Shown piece after piece: positions 9,993 through 18,980 of a stretch of DNA of 64,000 nt. Position 1 is the stretch's first letter. The number at the start of each line of letters is the position of its first letter. A program made the translations under genes and the position numbers. Below the pieces are notes generated by a model, which saw only the letters and a program-made list of their open reading frames with translations, was not told the origin of the DNA and searched no databases. The DNA is from an uncultured Acidobacteriota bacterium. GTDB lineage: Bacteria > Acidobacteriota > Thermoanaerobaculia > Gp7-AA8. The stretch spans positions 641,194 to 705,193 of the forward strand of contig CAVUKB010000004.1 in NCBI GenBank assembly GCA_963741955.1. The letters run 5' to 3'.

Positions 9993-10978
9993 TACTGGTT
10001 CTCTCGATTGTGCGGAGCCTGCGAAGGAGTGAGCTGTTGGAGCAGAGCACGCAGCTCGCGCCGGGCGGCGGCCTGCTGGTCCGGAGTCCCGTCGAGAAGA
10101 GCGGCAATCCGTTCGAGCTCTTCGGCCAGGGAGGGCGACGCATCTGCCGGAGAAAGCGCGGGCTGGATCCCGGACTTCTCGAGCAATTCGCGCCTCTTCC
10201 GCGCCGCCGCGTTCCGGCTGGTGACGCGTTCCGCGATTTTTTCCGGAAGAGTGGTGGCCGCGGTTTCCACACTGTGGATGAGCGCATCACGATCGAACGG
10301 CACGTCGGCGAGAGAGGCCCGAATGGTCCGCAGGCGCTGAACCGCGGGCGCCCAGGGACTTCTCGGGTCGTCGTCGAGCGGAGCCGCGATCAACGCGACA
10401 CGGACGCGGGAACGATTCTTCGGCCGATGGATCACGACGTTCACGGTCGCGTTCTTCGCGATGTCGGCGAGAGGGACGTCACGTGGCGTGCCCGCGGTCA
10501 CGAGCTCATTCACAGGAATGGTGTTGGTGCCGTCACGGCCGTCGAAGTAGTGCATCGTCGCCACGACTCGATCGAAGAGGAGCGGAGGACCGTTCTCGAC
10601 GGTCACTCTCACCAGCCAGGCTCGCGGGGCGGAGAGTGTCACCGTCGTGGTCTCGGCGGCACTCTGATCGAGCGCGAGATCGCGGATCACCGCCGGCCCT
10701 TCCTCCCGCTGAAGCGACGCCCATCGCCACCGGCCGTCAGTGCGGGGCTCGCGGAGAGCGTCGATCTCGGAGTCGAGAAGCGCAGAAACGACGGCGCGGA
10801 GATCGGATGGATCGTTCACGCGCCGTGCGATCTCGGCCGTGGCATCGAGAGTGGCGGAGAGGCGCACGATCTGAGCGGCCTCACGATCGACGTCCCGGGC
10901 AGAAGAGGCGGCGGACGCGATCCCCGGGAGGGCGGTCAGGATCGGGAAGAGGAGTGCGATGGGAAGGGACCGTTTCAT
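9992..10978 (-). CDS. Hypothetical exported protein
   Basis: Signal peptide MKRSLPIALLFPILTALPGIASA; stop overlaps the GNAT start. Confidence 0.7.
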   Translation of the reverse strand: MKRSLPIALLFPILTALPGIASAASSARDVDREAAQIVRLSATLDATAEIARRVNDPSDLRAVVSALLDSEIDALREPRTDGRWRWASLQREEGPAVIRDLALDQSAAETTTVTLSAPRAWLVRVTVENGPPLLFDRVVATMHYFDGRDGTNTIPVNELVTAGTPRDVPLADIAKNATVNVVIHRPKNRSRVRVALIAAPLDDDPRSPWAPAVQRLRTIRASLADVPFDRDALIHSVETAATTLPEKIAERVTSRNAAARKRRELLEKSGIQPALSPADASPSLAEELERIAALLDGTPDQQAAARRELRALLQQLTPSQAPHNRENQ

Positions 10979-11300
10979 GGCGACCGGCGAGAGTTTACCT
11001 TCGGAAGATCCCGTTGTGGAACAGAGATCTCGACTCTCGGGCGGATTGTTCACGGGATTTCTGCTGCGGAGCGCGATACGGGCCCGTCTGCGGCGTCAGA
11101 CGGTGATTTCGCTCCTCAACGTAGTGCAGTGACTACGCCTCGTAACGAAATCGCCGTCTTCCTTGCATCCGGACCCGCCTCGTGCTCCTTGCGACGAAAT
11201 CCCGTGAATAATCCGCGCAGGCTCGGCTGAATCTGGCTTCCGATTCGCATTATGGGAAGAGGGGGATCTCCAAACCCGAACAGAAGGAGGACCCGCAGGA

Positions 11301-11744
11301 GTGGAAGGAACACTGATCCGTTGCCCTGAATGCGGGCGCACGAACCGCATTCCGCCGAACGCCGCAGGGAAGACGGTGGTATGCGGCGGGTGTAAGTCTG
11401 CGTTGCAGGTTTCCGGCGGCCGGCCGGTGGCTCTCGACCGATCGAGCTTCGACGGTGCGTTGCAGCGTCCCGAACCTCTGGTGGTCGATTTCTGGGCCGG
11501 GTGGTGCGGCCCGTGCCGGGTCGTGGCGCCGGTCATCGAGGAGCTCGCACGAGAGCGGCGCGACGTCATCTTCGGAAAGGTCGATGTCGATGCCAATCAG
11601 GAGATCGCAGCGCGTTTCCGGGTGAGCGGGATTCCGACGCTGATCTTTTTCCGCGGCGGCTCGGAGGTCGGGCGGCTCGTCGGAGCGGTGCCGCGCTCGC
11701 AGATCGAGCAGGCGATCGGTCAGTACTTCTCAAAGAGCGCGTGA
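11301..11744 (+). CDS. trxC: Thioredoxin 2 (zinc-ribbon thioredoxin)
   Basis: N-terminal CPEC...CGGC; active site WCGPC; SGIPT cis-Pro. Confidence 0.92.
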   Translation: MEGTLIRCPECGRTNRIPPNAAGKTVVCGGCKSALQVSGGRPVALDRSSFDGALQRPEPLVVDFWAGWCGPCRVVAPVIEELARERRDVIFGKVDVDANQEIAARFRVSGIPTLIFFRGGSEVGRLVGAVPRSQIEQAIGQYFSKSA

Positions 11745-12823
11745 ACAGCGGAACCGACAGGGGCGACGATCTCGGCCGTTTTGCGCGGCGCGTCGCGGTC
11801 GTGGCTCTCTTCGTGATCGGGCTCCTCTTTCTCTGGGCAGTCCGCAACGTTCTGGTGCTGATTTTCATCTCCGCGGCGATCGCGGCCGGAATCGCGCCGA
11901 CCGTCCGCCGGGTGCGAGCGCGGGTGCGGGCTTTCACCGGGAGACGGATCAACAGGGGCACCGCGGTGCTCCTGGTGTACTTTCCTTTCCTCCTCATCGC
12001 AGTGCTGTTCGCGGTTCTGATCGTTCCGCAGATGCTGGTGCAATCGAGGGGGCTGATCCAGGAGCTTCCGACGGTGATCGACCAGCGGATCATCACGCCG
12101 ATCGAGAAGTTCGTTCCGATCCGGGAGATCGTCGCGAACGTCGATCTCGGCTCGGTCTCGAAGAATGCGCCGGTCTTCGGGTACGTGAAGGGGGCGGCGA
12201 CGGGGCTCGCGTCGATCATCGCCATTCTCTTCCTGGTCTTCTACATGTTGATCGATGCCCCGCGGTTGGGGAGTCTGCTTCTCCTGCTGTTTCCGGAAGA
12301 ACACCGCGCCATGTGGCAGCGGATGATCACCAGGATGGCGAAGCGGATGAGTTACTGGCTTTCCGGGCAGCTGATCCTCGCCATCACGGTCGCGGGCCTG
12401 ATGTTCGTGACGCTACTCGCTCTGAGGGTTCCGTTCGCCGTCCCTCTCGCGTTCATTGCGGGGGTGGGCGAGCTGGTCCCGGTGATCGGGCCGATCATCG
12501 GCACCACCCCGGCGATGATCGTGGCCCTGATGCAGTCGTCGTGGCAGTTCTGGTCCGCACTGCTGGTGGTGATCCTGATCCAGCAGCTCGAGAACCACAT
12601 CCTCGCACCGAGAATCCTCGGGTCGAAAGTGTCGGTCTCTCCTCTGACGGTGTTCATCGCGTTCATGATGGGGGCGGCGTTGCTCGGAATCGTCGGAGCG
12701 GTGATGGCGATTCCGGTGGCCGCGATCGCACAGGTCGCATTCGAAGAGGTGTTTCTTTCGCGGCGCGAGCGGAGAACGGACGGACGCCGGAAGGCGAGTC
12801 TGCTCTCGCGCCGGCGTGGATGA
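11741..12823 (+). CDS. AI-2E family transporter
   Basis: Multiple TM helices; 'ELVPVIGPII' and 'QQLENHILAPRILG'. GTG overlaps the trxC stop. Confidence 0.9.
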   Translation: MNSGTDRGDDLGRFARRVAVVALFVIGLLFLWAVRNVLVLIFISAAIAAGIAPTVRRVRARVRAFTGRRINRGTAVLLVYFPFLLIAVLFAVLIVPQMLVQSRGLIQELPTVIDQRIITPIEKFVPIREIVANVDLGSVSKNAPVFGYVKGAATGLASIIAILFLVFYMLIDAPRLGSLLLLLFPEEHRAMWQRMITRMAKRMSYWLSGQLILAITVAGLMFVTLLALRVPFAVPLAFIAGVGELVPVIGPIIGTTPAMIVALMQSSWQFWSALLVVILIQQLENHILAPRILGSKVSVSPLTVFIAFMMGAALLGIVGAVMAIPVAAIAQVAFEEVFLSRRERRTDGRRKASLLSRRRG

Positions 12824-12932
12824 GAGTGGATGAGATGCGGTCTGGACCTTGCACTTTTGAGGTGAGCTCCGTGCCTGCCGGACCTCTCGTCCGGCGCCGA
12901 TTCTCCCGGCGCGGGGAAGGAGGCAATCCGAC

Positions 12933-13169
12933 ATGAGAAACGAAATGATCGGCGCGGTGGTGCGCCGCGCGCTCGAGCATCCTGAGTTTCGTCGTCATCT
13001 GCTGGCCGATCCGGAAGTGGCGCTCTCGCAGCATGGTTTCGCGCTCGAGAGCAACGAGATGGACGAGATCCGCCGGATACGAGGTGAGATGATGCGGCAC
13101 GAGTCGCAGGACGTGGAGCAGCGGCTCCGTTCGATCGCAGAGGAGTACGGAGTGCGACCAGGGTCGTAG
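12933..13169 (+). CDS. Small NHLP-leader-like protein (Os1348/Franean1_4349-like clan)
   Basis: AAGGAGG RBS; 'VVRRALEHPEFRRHLLADPEVAL' matches the nitrile-hydratase-like leader pattern. Confidence 0.7.
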   Translation: MRNEMIGAVVRRALEHPEFRRHLLADPEVALSQHGFALESNEMDEIRRIRGEMMRHESQDVEQRLRSIAEEYGVRPGS

Positions 13170-13173
13170 CCCG

Positions 13174-13414
13174 GCCCATGGGTTGGACGTCCCGTCCGAT
13201 GCAGGGCGGCCCAGTGGGTTGGACGTCCCGTCCGATGCAGGGCGGCCCAGTGGGTTGGACGTCCCGTCCGATGCAGGGCGGCGTCCCGCGCCGCCCTGTC
13301 CGGTGCGAAATGCGAAGATCGTCCCGAGAGTCGAGAGACGAACGGACCGCATCGCGAGAGGTACGATCCGCGTTTGGTTGCCGCCATCGCTCCCCGGCAG
13401 GATGCCGGGGAGCC
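13174..13414. repeat. Unit 1 of the ~243-bp repeat array, with three 36-bp subrepeats and a terminal hairpin
   Basis: TGGGTTGGACGTCCCGTCCGATGCAGGGCGG at 13179, 13215 and 13251; ends with GCTCCCCGGCA-GGA-TGCCGGGGAGC. Confidence 0.9.
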
Positions 13415-13447
13415 CTGGAGTTTGGCGTTTCTCGAGCAAGGCGCGAG

Positions 13448-14860
13448 CTACGAAGTGGCGTACTGGACAGCCATTTCGGGGGTGACAGCGGATTTCGAGC
13501 GCTTCAGGTGTCGTGCGACGGGGGTCTGGAAGTCGGTGAAATTGGGGGGTTCGAAGTTGCGGATGTGGCGAATGCAGGCGGATCGCATCGCGCGAAGGTA
13601 CTGGCCGGTGGGTATTCGCCACTGATCGGGGATATCGTTGTCTCTCCACTTGGGCATCAGTTCGGGGGGCGCAGTGGAGCCGAGGCCGAAGCAATCGGCG
13701 GCAGCGAGGAGCATCATCGAGTAGACGGCTACGGCGAAAGCGGGCAGCGAGTCGACCGATCGCCGGTTGCGCACCTGCGCCTGGCCGACACCGAAGATCT
13801 GCTTTTCGTCGCGGTGATTGACCTCGATATCCCAGCGGCGGAAGTAGGCTTGGACGAGCTCGACGAGCGAGAGTTTCAGGTCGGTACAGATCAGGAACGC
13901 CGGTTTGCGATACAGCAGGCGTGATTTCTTGCGGAGCCGATAGCCCAGTGGCCGGATCACGACGAGCCGCAGAGGCAGTTCATAACCCGAAGTTTTCCAA
14001 AGCACGGGACCGATGGTCTTGATCGAACAGGCGTGTTCACGACCCGAGGCCCAGACTTGGACCTGTTGCCAGTCGATGGATTGGTCCACGCGGAGTTGAT
14101 CGGGTGTTGGGGCCTGATCGCCATACCAGCGCTTGCGTCCGCGAAGCGGTTGAGAGTTTGGAGGAAAGAACAGCTTCGCGTCGCCTCGGATGCGACCGAT
14201 CAGGATCGTTCGTTCCGGCAAGTTCCGCAGAACCGTACGGTTGGTGTAACCGCCGTCAACCACCGGCATCAGCACGCGCTCGCTCGCTCCGAGCTGGTCA
14301 AAGTCCTTGCGAGTTTGGATCAGCAGACGCGTTGCACCGATGGAAAGATTCTGCTCTTTCTGCTGGCGACGATACTCGGCACGTTCCTGCTCGGTTGCTC
14401 CGGCCCCCGGGCGAACCGCCGGAGGCTGGTGATTGAACCGGATCGGGAAGCTGCGCGCCGGACCGGCAGACTGGCCAGTTAAAGGAACACTGATCGCAGC
14501 CTGAATGAACCGTTGGGCGCGGATCAAGTTCGTGTGGAAAGGCGGCGACATCGGATCGCGCTGATAACTCACGCCTGGGATCTTCATGCCCGTCTTGCGC
14601 AACTTCGTGTCATCCAGCGGCAGCACCAGCGGTGCGTCGAGCGGCAAGTACGCGAGCAGGTGTCGTTCGATGACTCTGAACATCTCGCTCACATCGAACC
14701 GACCCTCCGAGAAAACGCGATAGTCTGCCGACCAGTCCTGCTGCGGATCGCGGCCTGCTTCAATCATTCCGCTTACCGTGTGTCGCCCGGTGCAGTTGAG
14801 CAGGCCGATGGCCAACCCACGAACCCGCTGAAGCACCCGAGCATCACAGGATCCATTCAA
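13448..14860 (-). CDS. DDE transposase
   Basis: LDDTKLRKTG, VVDGGY, and YFRRWDIEVNHRDEK (Y-2-R-3-E-6-K signature). Start is a weak TTG. Confidence 0.92.
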   Translation of the reverse strand: MNGSCDARVLQRVRGLAIGLLNCTGRHTVSGMIEAGRDPQQDWSADYRVFSEGRFDVSEMFRVIERHLLAYLPLDAPLVLPLDDTKLRKTGMKIPGVSYQRDPMSPPFHTNLIRAQRFIQAAISVPLTGQSAGPARSFPIRFNHQPPAVRPGAGATEQERAEYRRQQKEQNLSIGATRLLIQTRKDFDQLGASERVLMPVVDGGYTNRTVLRNLPERTILIGRIRGDAKLFFPPNSQPLRGRKRWYGDQAPTPDQLRVDQSIDWQQVQVWASGREHACSIKTIGPVLWKTSGYELPLRLVVIRPLGYRLRKKSRLLYRKPAFLICTDLKLSLVELVQAYFRRWDIEVNHRDEKQIFGVGQAQVRNRRSVDSLPAFAVAVYSMMLLAAADCFGLGSTAPPELMPKWRDNDIPDQWRIPTGQYLRAMRSACIRHIRNFEPPNFTDFQTPVARHLKRSKSAVTPEMAVQYATS

Positions 14861-14900
14861 TTCGTCGAAGATCGCGTTGAATGAGCGAAGAAGATTTCGA

Positions 14901-15110
14901 TCAGCGTTTTTTTTTGACCCGCTTCGCTTCGACGGTTCCGGTCGGATCCTTTGCCCGCTTGAGGATCAGCGTTCGCTTGTCCTCGATGACCCATTCGACG
15001 ATCTCACCGCGAATGAATTCACAAGCTTGGGCCACGGCCGCGGGAAGGTTCACGTACCACTGCCTGCTCTTTGCACGAGCGATCAGCTGCACTTTGGTTG
15101 GAAATCCCAT
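14901..15110 (-). CDS. AbrB/MazE-like small DNA-binding protein inside the IS
   Basis: GGAGG RBS; MGFPTKVQLI...WYVNLPAAVAQACEFIRGEIVEWVIEDKRTLILKR resembles a swapped-hairpin fold. Confidence 0.75.
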   Translation of the reverse strand: MGFPTKVQLIARAKSRQWYVNLPAAVAQACEFIRGEIVEWVIEDKRTLILKRAKDPTGTVEAKRVKKKR

Positions 15111-15126
15111 GGTGACCTCCTTCTGG

Positions 15127-15169
15127 TCTAGTGATATAACTAGATACCACGGGACGAAAAAAAAGTCCA
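15127..15169 (-). promoter_or_regulatory. Putative IS promoter with overlapping palindromic operator
   Basis: TGGACT-N17-TATCTA on the minus strand; palindrome TCTAGT-GATATA-ACTAGA (15127-15144) overlaps the -10. Confidence 0.5.
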
Positions 15170-15217
15170 GAATTCCTGGACTTCCGCCCAACGACTCCGA
15201 GTTCCGCCAAACTCCAG

Positions 15218-15790
15218 CGCTCCCCGGCAGGATGCCGGGGAGCCTCGCGCGAGACGCGCGACCCACGCGGCGCGACCCACAGGGCAGTGGGTTGGACGTC
15301 CCGTCCGATGCAGGGTGGCCCAGTGGGTTGGACGTCCCGTCCGATGCAGGGCGGCGTCCCGCGCCGCCCTGTCCGGTGCGAAATGCGAAGATCGTCCCGA
15401 GAGTCGAGAGACGAACGGACCGCGGCGCGAGAGGCGGGATCCGCGTTTGGTTGCCGCCATCGCTCCCCGGCAGGATGCCGGGGAGCCTCGCGCGAGACGC
15501 GCGACCCACGCGGCGCGACCCACAGGGCAGTGGGTTGGACGTCCCGTCCGATGCAGGGTGGCCCAGTGGGTTGGACGTCCCGTCCGATGCAGGGCGGCGT
15601 CCCGCGCCGCCCTGTCCGGTGCGAGATACTCGGATTGTCCCGAGATAAGAGAAGAACGGACTACGGCGCGAGAGGCGGGATCCGCGTTTGATTGCCGCCA
15701 TCGCTCCCCGGCAGGATGCCGGGGAGCCTCGCGCGAGACGCGCGACCCACTGACGCGCGACCCACCGGACGCGCGACCCACTCGGCGCGC
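15218..15790. repeat. Continuation of the ~243-bp tandem repeat array
   Basis: Hairpin recurs at 15218, 15461 and 15702 (periods 243 and 241 bp). Confidence 0.92.
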
Positions 15791-15979
15791 GACCGACGCG
15801 GCAGATGCGAGGATCGTCCCGAGAGAAGAGCCGAACGCCCCGATCTCCCATCCCTCCGAAACCTCTTCGCGACTCCATCGTCTTCAAGTAGAGGAATTTG
15901 TCTGATAATGGTCCGGTTCGATTCGGCTGGTGCGGCAGCATCGGACGACAATCCCATATCAATCCGAGGTGACAACCTG

Positions 15980-17872
15980 ATGGCTTCACCTGCACGCCGG
16001 CTGGGGAGACGATTCGCACTCATCGCTCCAGTCCTTCTCCTGGCGCTTTCGACGACTGCTTACGCATATCCGACCGCTCGGACCCAGACCCACATGGTCT
16101 ACGACGCGGCGGAGGGAAACATTCTCCTCTTCGGTGGGGTGACCGGGACCGACTCGGGCAACAAGAGAGTCTTCCTCAACGACACCTGGGAGTGGAACGG
16201 GAAACGGTGGATCGAGGTTCGACCGGCTCACCAGCCGAGTGGCCGTTCCGCCGGCGGGATGATCTACGACTCGAACCACGATGACGCGGTCCTCTTCGGC
16301 GGCTTCGACGGCACAAACTACCTGAACGACACCTGGTTCTTCGTCGACGGTGACTGGCAGCGGCAGTCGACGGCCGATGCTCCGACGCCGCGGCGTCTGT
16401 TCGGGATGACCTACGATCCGGTCATGGACCGGACCTTCGTCTTCGGCGGATCGAACGCGACCGCAAATCTCTACGATACGTGGACGTTCGACGGAACCAC
16501 GTGGACCAGAGTCAACGAGACCGGGCCTTCGGTGAACACTCCGTTCCTGGTGTACGACGCGGCGCGGGATCAGGTTCTCCTGATCGGGCAGACTGCGGAA
16601 GCGGTGACTCAGATGTACCGCTGGAGCAGCGATCACTGGGAGCAGCTGACGCCGGACACACTTCCCACCTGCATCAACTCGACTTCGATCGTCTACGAGC
16701 CGAACAACCAGAAGGTCCTGATGGTCGGCGGCTTCTGTTCGAACGCCTTCCCGAGCAGCGACTCGTGGGAGTGGGATGGCACCAACTGGACGAAGCTGAC
16801 CACCAGCCCTCCGATCGGATTTCTCTACGGAGAGGCGATGGCCTACGACCCGAATCGGGAAGAAGTCATCGTGTTCGGCGGAATCGATTCCCTCACCCGG
16901 AACGAAACCTATCGCTACCGGGATCTGAAGTTCACCCAGGCCTCCGACACGTTCACTCCGGGGCCCCGCTCACTTCCGGTGATGGCGACGGATCCCGAGA
17001 GCGGCACCATCTGGATGTACGGGGGACACAACGTCCGGCGGGACTTCTTCGATCTCTGGCGCTACTCGAGCGGCCGCTGGGTGAGGGTCAACGCGTCGAA
17101 CACCCCGGTCTGTACCTATGGGGCGGGGACGTGGGATCCCAGCCGCAAGAAGATGGTTCTCCTCTGTGAGGATTCGACGACCTACGAATGGGACGGATCG
17201 AGCTGGAAAGCATTTCCCGATCTGAAAAATCTCCCACCCGGCCGTCGATTCAGCTCTCTGGCCTACGATCCGGCGCTGAAGAAGGTTCTTCTCTTCGGCG
17301 GCTGGGAGACGATCAACCGGTACCTGAACGACATCTGGGAGTGGGACGGCACGAACTGGACGAAGGTCGACCGGAAGGGGAGTGCTCCCGATCCGCGATC
17401 TTCCGCCGCATTCTTCTGGGATCCTTCGACCCAGAAGATGATGGTGTTCGGTGGAATCGGACGGCCGACGCAGGAGGACAGCGCCCGCCGCTACGGCGAC
17501 ATGTTCAGCTGGGACGGCTCGCGATGGAACGAGGTGAAGCCCTCCACCGCGCCTTCGATCCGCTACGCGATGACGACCGGCACGGATCCGCTCACGGGAC
17601 AGCCGATGATCTTCGGCGGGAAAGACCAGAACGAGAACTACCTCGCCGAGCAGTGGAGCTGGGATGGCTCGAAGTGGCTGAAGGTCGAGCCGGGTCAGCA
17701 TCCGGAGGCTCGTATCAACAGTGCGATGACCATCGATCCCATCACTGGTGACCTGACCCTCTACGGCGGATACGACGGCCGTTACTTTCAGGATACGTGG
17801 ACCTGGGACGGTACGAACTGGACCCTCGTTCCGGTTCCTCCCGGGAAGCAGCGCGGAATCGGGTTTCCGTAA
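15980..17872 (+). CDS. Secreted Kelch-repeat beta-propeller protein
   Basis: Signal peptide; about 12 repeats of 'YD....LFGG...DTWEWDG..W'. Confidence 0.9.
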   Translation: MASPARRLGRRFALIAPVLLLALSTTAYAYPTARTQTHMVYDAAEGNILLFGGVTGTDSGNKRVFLNDTWEWNGKRWIEVRPAHQPSGRSAGGMIYDSNHDDAVLFGGFDGTNYLNDTWFFVDGDWQRQSTADAPTPRRLFGMTYDPVMDRTFVFGGSNATANLYDTWTFDGTTWTRVNETGPSVNTPFLVYDAARDQVLLIGQTAEAVTQMYRWSSDHWEQLTPDTLPTCINSTSIVYEPNNQKVLMVGGFCSNAFPSSDSWEWDGTNWTKLTTSPPIGFLYGEAMAYDPNREEVIVFGGIDSLTRNETYRYRDLKFTQASDTFTPGPRSLPVMATDPESGTIWMYGGHNVRRDFFDLWRYSSGRWVRVNASNTPVCTYGAGTWDPSRKKMVLLCEDSTTYEWDGSSWKAFPDLKNLPPGRRFSSLAYDPALKKVLLFGGWETINRYLNDIWEWDGTNWTKVDRKGSAPDPRSSAAFFWDPSTQKMMVFGGIGRPTQEDSARRYGDMFSWDGSRWNEVKPSTAPSIRYAMTTGTDPLTGQPMIFGGKDQNENYLAEQWSWDGSKWLKVEPGQHPEARINSAMTIDPITGDLTLYGGYDGRYFQDTWTWDGTNWTLVPVPPGKQRGIGFP

Positions 17873-18010
17873 CGCCGAATGATCGGGATGAAGGCGTCGG
17901 ACTCGTCGGACCTGTCGAACGAGTCCGACGGTTCGTCTCCCGGGGCGTGGCTTACTCGCTCCCGTTCACGTTTCCCGCTGCTCCCTACTCTTTCCGATTT
18001 CCGCTCCCGG

Positions 18011-18019
18011 TGCTAACCT
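18011..18019 (+). promoter_or_regulatory. Extended -10 element (probable leaderless deoC transcript)
   Basis: TGCTAACCT 7 nt upstream of ATG 18027; no SD. Confidence 0.5.
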
Positions 18020-18026
18020 CTCCTCG

Positions 18027-18980
18027 ATGACCGAGACCATGATCACTCCAGCGGGCGGCAGGGCCTCGACCCCCGGCCGCACCGTTCACGACGCCATCGC
18101 TGCGTTCGTTCCGGTGGACGCCGTAGCGGCTGAAGAGCGAGCTGCGTCGCTGGCAAAACGCTCACTGAAAAAGGACGCGAAGGTCTGGGGCCTGAGGACC
18201 ATCATCAGCATGATCGACCTCACCACCCTGGAAGGAAAGGACACCCGCGGTAAGGTCTTCGCGCTCTGCCGGAAAGCACGCCAGCCCGACCCCGCGGATC
18301 GCTCGATTCCGCACGTCGCCGCGGTCTGTATCTACCCGGCGATGGTGCCGTACGTCAAAACGGCACTGGAAGGATCGGGAGTGAAGACCGCCTCCGTGGC
18401 GACCGGTTTTCCGAGCGGCCAGACGTTCCTGGAGGTCAAGCTGGACGAGACGCGGAGGACGGTGGCGGCCGGAGCGGACGAGATCGACATGGTGATCAAC
18501 CGTGGCGCGTTTCTCTCCGGCGACTACGACCGGGTCTTCGACGAGATCGTGGCGGTGAAGGAAGCGAGCGGACCGGCTCATCTGAAAGTGATTCTGGAGA
18601 CGTCGGAGCTCGGGAGCTACGACGAGATCCGCCGGGCTTCGATGATCGCCATGTACGCGGGCGCTGATTTCATCAAGACCTCCACCGGCAAGGCATCGAA
18701 GGGAGCGACGCTTCCGATCACGCTGGTGATGCTCGAAGCGATCCGCGACTTCTACCAGATGACCGGCCGCCGGATCGGAATGAAGCCGGCGGGCGGCATC
18801 TCGAACGCGAAACTCGCACTCGCCTATCTCGTGATGCTCTACGAGACTCTGGGGGGAGAATGGATGACGCCGGAGCTCTTCCGCTTCGGCGCCAGCTCGC
18901 TGCTCAATGACGTTCTGATGCAGATCCAGAAGGAGCGGAGTCACGCCTACCAGTCCGGCGACTACTTCACACTCGACTGA
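18027..18980 (+). CDS. deoC: Deoxyribose-phosphate aldolase
   Basis: IDLTTLEG, DEIDMVI, LKVILET, FIKTSTGK, KPAGGI, FRFGASS. Confidence 0.95.
   Translation: MTETMITPAGGRASTPGRTVHDAIAAFVPVDAVAAEERAASLAKRSLKKDAKVWGLRTIISMIDLTTLEGKDTRGKVFALCRKARQPDPADRSIPHVAAVCIYPAMVPYVKTALEGSGVKTASVATGFPSGQTFLEVKLDETRRTVAAGADEIDMVINRGAFLSGDYDRVFDEIVAVKEASGPAHLKVILETSELGSYDEIRRASMIAMYAGADFIKTSTGKASKGATLPITLVMLEAIRDFYQMTGRRIGMKPAGGISNAKLALAYLVMLYETLGGEWMTPELFRFGASSLLNDVLMQIQKERSHAYQSGDYFTLD

Larger units (their letters stand above)
13415..15217 (-). mobile_element. Insertion sequence (IS4 superfamily / IS701-like DDE), 1803 bp, 13-bp TIRs, 27-bp flanking direct repeat
   Basis: TIRs CTGGAGTTTGGCG (13415-13427) and CGCCAAACTCCAG (15205-15217). 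DR CGCTCCCCGGCAGGATGCCGGGGAGCC at 13388-13414 and 15218-15244. Confidence 0.92.

Noticed and set aside
13179-13290. 36-bp repeats as a mini-CRISPR
   Set aside because: Direct tandem copies with no spacers.
15111-16019. Long N-terminal extensions of the AbrB-like and Kelch ORFs
   Set aside because: They run through repeat DNA; better starts exist at 15110 and 15980.
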